Source of the DNA: Adineta vaga
Taxonomy: Eukaryota > Animalia > Rotifera
Length of the DNA: 64,000 bases
Direction: 5' to 3'
Assembly: GCA_021613535.1 (NCBI GenBank)
Contig: CP075496.1
Coordinates: forward strand, 11,408,001 to 11,472,000
A program made the translations under genes and the position numbers. Below, piece after piece: positions 52,296 through 64,000 of the stretch; the stretch's first letter is position 1, and each line of letters begins with the position of its first letter. The notes below the pieces were generated by a model, which saw only the letters and a list, made by a program, of their open reading frames with translations, did not search any database and had not been told where the DNA came from.

Positions 52296-55238
52296 TTAAC
52301 TGCCACTCTTCTTACGAATACGCATATTTTGAAATGGTTTTAATAATTTTGATGATAAAATTTGTTTTCGTGATTTATTCGATGAGATAGATTGTTGATC
52401 ATCGGATACGGAATCGAATATAGTCGATTTTCGATCTTGATCATCAAGTATAAAATCATTATTATCAGTACCATAATCAGATGTAATATCAAAAATTGGT
52501 TTACTAGCTTTTCCTAATGATGATGTATCAGGAGAGTCAGATGCATCTTGTCGTGACATCCCTGTTGAATTTGTACTTAAATCATAGAGACCATTTGTTG
52601 AATGAGAATAGGTTATTGTTGAAGGATTCAGAAGGCGATCAGTCGACGAACGATTGGATGGTGAAACATTATTAGCAACAGTACGTCGTTTTAATGTTGT
52701 CGATGGAGAATTTACATAATCGAAATTACTATCAGATATACTCATGATATCTTGTGAAGAAGGATATGTTGTATATAATGGATTTGTTGATACACTACGA
52801 TTGTTTATACTACTGAAATATGAAGAAAAAAAACAGAAACGAAAAATATGTCCACTAATATTCTTAGTTCAAGGGTAGTTTTTCTTTTTCAATATTAGAT
52901 TTATTACCTATTAGTTTTATTCATTATTCCTGAATCGTACGTTGTATTAATTAAACCATTTGGTTCAACAGATGTTTGTTTCGACCGAACAGTTGAATCT
53001 AAATATATATGTTTATGAAAGAAATATAATGTTGTACGATTCGAAATAAATTGCAAAGGATTTGAACTTATATCGCTTATAAATAATGAAGATATTCCTC
53101 ATAGTTAATCAATTCAAAACAAAAGTATGAAAAATCTCTTGAAGAAAAACCAAATTAGAAGCAGTGTATATAGGCATGCATGAAATTGTTAGAGTTTTTC
53201 TTCTTCATAAATTAATGAGCAACTCACCTCGTATACGAAAAACTAATCATAAAATGATGATTTTCTTATATCTATTTATACAATTAAAAAAATTATTGGT
53301 CATTACCTGATGTTCCATTAATACTATTTCCATTGTTTACCGAAACATTGGTTCCGATGGATGTTGGTGATGATGTACCATTGTTCATAATATCTTCTCG
53401 ATTCAGTAAAGCAGCAATACGATTCCAACGTCGTTCACGTTCTTCATGTTCACGTTGAACATCCGCTAAACGTTCTCTAACAAAACATAATTAACAGAAT
53501 ATATGAAGAATTTTTAATATCAAACATACTTTGCAGCATTGATTAATTCACTAATATTATCTATACAACCAGTATGTGCAATACGTACAGCACCGAAAAA
53601 TCCTTTTTGCATCTTGGAAATTTTATTCATCTAATTTATATATTTATTTATTTCAATACAAATCATAAGAATGGAAGTTAATCTTACTTGTTCTTTTGCA
53701 GTAAGCATTGCATTTTCTGCGGAACGACGTGTTGTTTCGAAAGCGATTTCTTCTAAATTATATGTACGTTTAAGTAATTCAATTAATTCTGCCGGTGGTT
53801 CATAGGATTGATGCTGAGCATGTTCTTCTGCTTTTTTCAACGCAATTCGTAACTATATGAAAAAAAAATCAAAGCTAAAAAGAAGAACTTATTCGTTTGT
53901 TTTAATTGATTACTTGTTCGCTTTCTTGTACAGCTAAACGTAATTGTTTGTCTAGATCAATAGTTGATCCACGACGTTTTCGATATTTCTCTGCTTCTTC
54001 CTTTAAGCAATTAATATTTGTTTCTATATCAAAAAGAATCTTCTATTTTTTACTTTTGTCTGTTGTACTTCTATAAACCAAGAGTTCAATTGACCACGAT
54101 CGACTTTTGCTTTATCCTTTAATTCATCTTCCATCGCTTTTATTCTTTACAAGAAAAAACAAATCCGATTCAAAATAGTTGAAGAACAATATAAGATCAT
54201 TCTTACTTTCCAGTAACACAAACAAGATCACCTTCTGCTTTCTGTAAAGTTTCCAATTCTTTCATCATGACTTTCATACTGTCTTGAGTTCTACGATGAC
54301 GAATATATGCATATAAACAAGCAGCAATTGATATCAATAAAGCTGTAATTAAAATTCCATCTTTGATGAGATTATGTGTGCCTAAAAATATCGAAATCAT
54401 AGATCCATTTTCGCAAGATTTTAATATGAAAATTTACTTGGCGGTGGGCCAAATAGAACTACATCTGTAGCTTTGATAATCAAACGTCGTTTATGTCTCA
54501 AATCACGTACTTGCATAATGCCAGAAAGATAATGTTTTTCATTGGCAGCTAATCTACATAAATTTTAACCGAAGAAAAAAGCTTTCAAACAAAGATTTCG
54601 GTAACAAACCTTGGAATCATTCGACCATCGAATTGATTACGACGAAAATTTTCGACATACATTGGTAAATGAGCATAGTTTATTAACCATTTAACAACAT
54701 CTTCCGTAGTCCAATTGTAAACTACAAGAGAGAAAAAAAACGAAGATTAAATAAACCTAAATCATCAAAAGGCGTTTACCAGGACTCTGCTGCCATTGTG
54801 TCCATAGATCATTAAATGTAATTTGCGTATCAGTATTTTGAAAACGACGATGTCGAATGGCATCTGTCTTCGATTCTAATTCTTCTTTAATGAACTAAAA
54901 TCGAAATAATTCGTTAAATAACGAAATAACTTTCTTTTTCAATAGATAATACGTACATCACTACTTTCTGATGCTTCAATCATGCCATCTTTATCATCAT
55001 CCATTTGTTCATGAATAGCTTTAATAGCTATTCGACCAAGTCTTTCCTTATCAACATCTGTACATAAATTAAAAGCACCAGTACAATCTACATCAAATCC
55101 GATTATATGATAAATAACTTCAAGAAAAAAAAATGCAGAATTACCTGGATCGGGTATATTATATGCAATAGTATTATGCAATTGACATGACTGAAATAAA
55201 TCGCTTAGCAAAATAAAGAACACAATAATTTGTTGCAT
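52296..55238 (-). CDS. STIM: Stromal interaction molecule, long paralogue (STIM-B)
   Basis: Same domains and intron positions as STIM-A (EF-hand DDDKDGMIEASES, SAM, TM, CC, SOAR), plus a Ser/Thr-rich tail ending in polybasic KLLKPFQNMRIRKKSGS. Confidence 0.92.
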
Positions 55239-56161
55239 TAATCTAAAAATCTAATCATACTATTTATTTTCAATTAATTTGATTTATTAATGTATTATTA
55301 TCAATCGAAAATACACGTATCAATAAATAGCGGAGGAAAAAGAAACTTTTTCAATGAAAATAAATATATGCACTAACATGTGTGTTTAATTAAATGCATA
55401 TTGATATTTATGTATTCGTTAGGCCTCTTTCTAATCAATCATATCGAAACAGAACGAAGGGAAAATCGAGTGAAAACTTCTCATTCTCTATCTAACATAG
55501 AAACATACAAAATAAACGGAGAAAGTCTTACTCGAAATGGATATGCATCTATCTAATCTAAGTGGATAAATAGAATACTTTCGTTGCATTTCTTTCTAGT
55601 TTATCAATACGAGAATGGAAGAATAAATTGCTTTCCACCAGCTGATGATGTTTGTTGTCTATCTTGCGTAGTTGACATTTTACCGACAATTGGAGTCTAT
55701 ATATATATTATTCTATCTTCTCAACGAGAACAATCAACGCATATATATACACACTTGCTTGTTTTGTACGATCGCAAAGGAAAAAGTAATTCTATGAATA
55801 AATCCAAACATAGAAAAAAAGAAACGAACGATTATCATTTACTAAAGTTACGATAATCTTAAAATTTAGATAGGTACAATATTTTCTTTGATAAATATTT
55901 GTTTAAGAAGAAATATTCCTCACCAATGACAATTATTAATCGGTTGATCGATTTCAATACTAGAATCATTTTATTATATTCTCCTTTTTCTTTTCTTTTC
56001 GTACTGGATGAGATGAGTCATGTCACACATTGAAAAGATGGATACCTCATATCCAATAGAAACACATCAAAAAGTGATTTTTATTGGATGGTGATAATCA
56101 CTTCCATAATATTGACGAAACTTTTCATCTTTTTCAGTATTAAAAACGAGCTTTTAAAGCA

Positions 56162-59100
56162 ATGGATTGTCGTACATTAATTGAAAAGTATGCAAACGAT
56201 CGTGATGAAACGGTTATTAGTCAATTAGGAGAATGTATGTGATAAAAGTGATCTATAATTTCTATTATGATATTAAATTTAACTCGTTTTAGCATTAAAA
56301 ACGAAGAAATTGAGTTTGCTTGATTTCATTCTCAATATCGGGTATGTGAAGAAAAGATATTTAGAATATATTGGGTAAAAACAATGTATTTATTCGTTTT
56401 AGTGATTATCTTCAAAGTACCGAATTATCAAAACGATCGATTGCATTAATATTAATTGCTAATGTTTTGAATTCTTTACCACAAACATTTCTAGAATCAC
56501 ATGAAAGTAAAAGTTCAACATATTATTGATCATTCCTTTGGAAAAACTCTCTTTTCTTTTTTTTATTTTATTTAGTTCATCATTTATTGGTATTTATTAT
56601 TGCAAAAATGACTGATCATCATATACTTGCTCAACCAGCAGTTGATTTATTCTTTATTCTGGTAAAAATGGATTTAAGAAGAAGTGACTTTTAAATCAGA
56701 TCTATTTAGGCAAAACAATCATCTATAACCGATGAAGATTGTATGATCATGATTAAATCTATATTTTCTGATGTTTATGTTCAATCATTTCCACAAGCAA
56801 GTCGATATAATGTATTTGTTATTCTATTACATTTTCTTTTCACTCGTTTGGATGGTAAGGCGAAGAAGAAGAAGAAGAAGAAGAACTGTGATATTCGATG
56901 AAAAACTGCATTCTTTTTTTATTAGTTGTGCGACAACTTGGTAGTGATTTTGTTTGTAACTTTATTCAATCAATGGATGGTGAACGTGATCCGAGAAATC
57001 TTGTACTATGCTTTCAATGCTTACAATACATGACGACATATTTAGATATTGGTAAATAAATTCAGCTAGGAGAAATAATGATTCGATTTTTTGTTTTAGA
57101 ACCATATAAAGAAGAATTATTTGAAGTTGTTGCTTGTTATTTTCCCATGGAATATAAACCGGTAAGATATTTCTTTTCGTTTGATGTCTACATGATATAA
57201 TTGAGCAATGTAAATAATTTGTTATATTTTGTTAATCGTGTAACATTCTTCTAGTTATCATGAAAATATTTTCCAGCAGTAGAATTCACTGAGAGAATGA
57301 AGAGATAACTTTATCATCCTTGGAATGTATAATACATGAAAATTTTCGTGAAATAATCAATAATGAATGCTTTAGATTGATGATCTCAACTGTATTTCTC
57401 ATCTTAGTCCTTCGTACGATCGATTGACATCTGGTCTATATATGTATATTAGTTCTTAAGTAGTAGATGTTGGCAATCATTACTTACTCAGATTCCTAGA
57501 AAGAGAATGTTTTCTTAACATTGAATAACTGATGATATATTTTAGTCAAAGAAAATCGTTGTATTCAAGAATATTAAGCTAAATTTTTCATAGAAAGCAA
57601 CAAGTACTGAAGCAGAAGAAACAATTACTCATGAACAACTTACTCTTTCATTACGTAATGTTTTAACATCAAGTGATAAATTCGCTAAGTATTGTGTTCC
57701 AATGTTAATTGAAAAACTTCAATCAGATATACCAAGTGCTCGTTTAGCTGCTATAGATGTATTCGTAAGTAGATTAATCTTCTTTTGACTAAAACTATAA
57801 TTAGATATTAATGTGTAGATTCATTGTATTGAAGAATATGATGCTCGTGATATTTCTTCACATTTAGTGCCATTATGGAATTTGTTTAGTAAACAGGTAT
57901 AGAAAATAATCAATGAGAACATATGTCAAGAATTTGTTTGTTAATTATTTTAAGGCTTTATGTGCAGAAAATCAAGAAACAGAAACGAATGCACTTCGAG
58001 CAATAACAGCATTGATGCAATTAATTGGAAAATCAATTCAAAATGATGAAACAGAGATTTCAACAAAGAAATTCGTTGATCGAGCTATTCGAGGTTAGAA
58101 TTTTGATATTTCATCGTAGAAGAAAATACGCCAAAGTTATCTAGAATGTGAAAATTTTCTCAAAGAACCTAATTCAAAACTCGTTTGGCCAGCAACAAAA
58201 GTTCTTCAAGCAGTAGCACGTGCAAATTCTACATGTGCATCATTGATATGGTCGCGTATACTTCCATCACTTATGAAACAATTTGAAAATTTGGAACAAG
58301 TATTTGCTAAATTTGTTGATTTGAAAGAATTATTAAATCAAATCTCTTCTTTAGATTACTCATAAACAAACAGTACTTGATATGATTATTTATTTTCTTC
58401 AATCTACAAGTAATATTTTGAAGAAATTGATTTCGAAGAATTTTTCGTTCTGTTATTTAGATATGCGAACAGTACTTAAATTACCACCCGGTATATCTGA
58501 AGAACTTTGGATTCTTATTTCAACACATTTTCAAGCATTTCCAAGTTATTGTCTTTCATTAACACAGAGTCTTTTACAATTGAATATATCACCTGGTCAA
58601 GTACTTGAGGATGATTTAACAAAACTTATTCTCCAAGAAAATATTGATGAGCAATTAAAGTTCGTATTCATTTTGATTTTTATGATGTGATTTTAAGATA
58701 TTATTTTAATAGAATAAAGTTAGCAACGATTTTGAGAATGTTAGCATCATCGGTGATATTTGATCGAATTTGTACGAATTTATTGACGAATTTAATCAAT
58801 TCATGGACAGGTAAATAGAAAAAGAATACATAGATAGGGAATAAGATGAAGAAAAAAAATCAGCATTCTTACAAGATCGATATCAGTGTGAAAAGAATCT
58901 TTCCTTATTATAAACAGCGAACACAATGAAGTAATAGTATAGATTAAGAATTATAATCAAATTAAAACGTACGTATTTGAACGTCAATGAAACTATAGTT
59001 GAAGAAATTACAAAAAATCAATCTCCGTGTTAATGTAAACTGAAGATGTGAAAATCGATAAAATTGTCTTTATCATTGCAATAATTTTCAGTACTATGCA

Positions 59101-61519
59101 ACAGATGTCCCAGTCGATGGCAACTTTCATATTCTATTATCTTTTAACATACACAACTGTGCTTGTTTTTGTCAATCTTATTTTAGATGAAATATGTTTC
59201 CTTCATTTTTTTTATATATATAATATAATTCAATGATTTGTTTGTATTTAGTAACAAAAACGATTCCATCAAATGAAACATTAGAAAGTTGTGTTGATCT
59301 ATGTCATAATTCTGAACGTTGTCAAGAGCGTCTTGAACGTTTCTTTTTTCCATCAGGTATGTAAATTATAATTATAAAACGAAATTAAATTTCAGCTGTT
59401 TTCGTTTGATTTTATAGAAAAATTCTTTCGACTTTTACCCGGTCTTTTCAAATATTTATCACCGTTATATATCTTAACGAATTTATTTACACCATTATTT
59501 GATTTATTATTAACTTTGATTGATCATGATTCAACTGCAAAAACTTTCTGTGCTAAATGTGGTGCTATTGCTGATGAAAGGTTTGTGATAGATAAAGATA
59601 AGATCTGAACTATAGATTTGATTGATTTAGTTGTAAACCATTGGTGCAAAATTTATATCGAAATAATCTTTTTGAAGATTCCATGTGGCAATTGGATAAA
59701 GTAAGAAGCATTGTTTTTTTTTAAAGAATGTTATTCATTGGCGAGTTTTAGCAAGGAAATTTGTTATTAATGATAAAATTTATTGGAAGTTTAAAACGAA
59801 AAGTAATTGATTTTGAGGATTTTCGTAATTTCAGAGAATTTTGTTTTTGTGAAGGTCTTTCAAGATGACTTAGAAATCATTCTGAATGAAATCAAAGAAA
59901 AATTACTTGAAAGAATATTCAATCAACCAACAAATGAGATTAATATAATCTTTTGTTACTTTCTTGCCAATTTGATTAATAAATTATCATCGAAAAGTAA
60001 ATTCTATTTATTAATATCTTCTTATTTTCATGAATTTCTTCTATTCTTCAGATGAAATCATTGAACTAGGTCAATCAATTATCAAACAATGCGAAACATC
60101 TCCTGATGAAAAACATATTTATTTATGGACGATTTTAGTCAAAGCTTTAATCTTATCTCGTCCTTCAACTATTGAACAATACATTCCAAAAGTGAGAGAA
60201 AAACTTTCTTAAATTTCTGTTCTTTTTTCATTTTCTATATTGATTCTAGTTGATGTCATGGTTGAATGAAAAGAATAAAATTGGTGAAATTGCTTGTCAT
60301 TCATTGAAAGTGTTAACTAACATTGAAGAACGATCTTTATTATTATCATCATTTCAAGCCGATTGTATTGTTCATCCAATGGTGAAGCAACTTGTGTTTA
60401 TGAAGATTCTTTCGCAAATGAAACCATTCTTAGTTAATAATGGTTAGAATTTTCGTATTATTCTATTGTAGAACAGAAAATCATAAATGTTTGATGACTT
60501 TGTATAAGTTAAATCATCTTCTCTCTCTCTTATATTAGAGTCTGTTTGACAGACTCTAGAATATAGCTAGTTTGCCTTTTTTTTTTATATATGAGGCTCT
60601 TCAAGAGACAGTCGAAGGTCAATATATGGAATAAAGAATTAGATTGTAGAATTATGAAATCAATCTTGAACAACTAATATAGCTCGTCAGACATGCCTAT
60701 TCAATTAGTTATATATATATTCTAGCATCGATTTGCTACATTTTCAAGAATGATTTGATGTATGAATACTCGAAAAAGAAAAAATCTTATTATTCTTTTC
60801 TTTTTCCTAAAAAACATAATTGAATTATCACGAGTACAACTCTAGTTGTTTCGTCACGAACATTTTCCAACTTGTTATTAGTATTCAACTATTCATCTGC
60901 TTTTCATATAGATTTATCACCAAATCAAATGAATGTATTGATTGATTTATTAAACCATATACCAAAAACAATCATACAAGATGAAATCATTTCGGTATGA
61001 ACATTTTCTTGTGCAAAAAGCAAACAAAAACTCATCTTGTTTCTATGTCATATTTTTTAGTTATTACCTGTCTTAATTCGTGCATTAGCATCATCGAACG
61101 AATCGATTTGGTCATCAACACTTACTTCCATCAGTGATTTAATTAAATCCAAACCAGATTCTATCGTCGATCATATTGATACACTTCTTCCACGTCTAAC
61201 AACATTAGCAATTTATGAAAAAGATATGGTAAGAATACCAATGTTGTCATAGCATTAATATTGAATCATGTCATTTCATTGCTAGTCAATTCGTATTACA
61301 AGTTTGAAATGTTTGAAATATCTCACTGCTTTACCAATACATAAGATTCAACCATATCGTCATCATATAATTCATATATTGAAAAAATGTGTCGATGATC
61401 ATAAACGTCTTGTAAGAAAACAAGCTGTGGAAACTCAAATGTCATGGTAAATAGATTTTAAGTAAAGAATTTTATTTTAAAAATAAATTATCTATTTTAG
61501 GTGCTTATTAAATGCATAA
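56162..61519 (+). CDS. MMS19: MMS19, cytosolic Fe-S assembly targeting factor (HEAT repeats)
   Basis: FIQSMDGERDPRNL, EELFEVVACYFPMEYKP, PMLIEKL and C-terminal VDDHKRLVRKQAV..W. ATG 56162, TAA 61517-61519. Confidence 0.93.
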
Positions 61520-62061
61520 CTTACTAAAATAATTATTACATTTTTTTTGTATCACCGTGAAAACGATTTTGATGATTTTTTTTAGAGCATAAATAAGTTG
61601 ATTTTCTTTTGTATGTTTCAGATAGAAATGACATACGAAATTGTTAATGTTAAGATGATCTTCAAGTATTAGAGATCTATAAGTTATTATTCAAAGTAAG
61701 TAATATACAAAAATAGTGGAATGGTTTTTGCAGGTGATATCTATTGGTATTGAGTTCGAATCTATCTATAAGAATGAAATAGTGGAAATCTTTGCTATGA
61801 TGATTTAATATATAGGTATGATCATCAATGATTCCAATTATTAAGCCTGTTTAAATATCTGAGCGAAGATAATTTTTATGAGAATCTCATAGATTTATCG
61901 ATATTCAAACACAATACATTACGGAAAGGTCACGTTCAACATTCTATATAAAAGAAAAGGATTTATTTTTCTTATAAGATACGATTTTGTTTATCTATCT
62001 ACAAATAAAAACAGAATACAAATCTTTAAAATGGAGATTCTGATCATAATTTTATTTTCAG

Positions 62062-64000
<1,939 letters not shown>

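Noticed and set aside
47312-55238. STIM pair as an assembly artefact or recent allelic palindrome
   Set aside because: The proteins differ substantially, the introns are not alignable by eye and the C-termini differ, so these are old paralogues.
138-61519. PRDX5, MRE11 and MMS19 as a stress or DNA-repair cluster
   Set aside because: They are 20-35 kb apart among unrelated genes; nothing suggests more than chance linkage.

Overview
AT-rich (roughly 30% GC by eye), gene-dense eukaryotic DNA with very short GT-AG introns (mostly 50-65 nt). Intron size, codon usage and gene content suggest a bdelloid rotifer; this is an inference. I assembled the genes by hand across introns and find 19 protein-coding loci, in order: PRDX5(-), a membrane-anchored USP deubiquitinase(+), a zinc-finger-less PR/SET-domain gene(+), a C7orf78-like gene(-), CNOT4(-), a kinesin-4(+), phosphorylase kinase alpha(+), MRE11(+), an orphan coiled-coil gene(-), then a ~6.6 kb non-coding stretch, a D2-like dopamine receptor(+), a divergent PRD-class homeobox(-), a stefin/cystatin-like gene(+), a secreted Gln/Gly/Tyr-rich protein built from tandem exon+intron units(+), a proline-rich rotifer-family protein(-), two convergent STIM paralogues flanking an intronless GNAT acetyltransferase, MMS19(+) and the 5' part of TBC1D23(+). 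PRDX5 and the stefin-like gene are not in the ORF track. I see no rRNA, tRNA, CRISPR or autonomous transposon. The most notable items are the STIM-GNAT-STIM cassette, the modular exon-array protein, the stefin lacking QxVxG and the minimal PR-domain protein. Two genes show apparent single-base insertions near their 5' ends.
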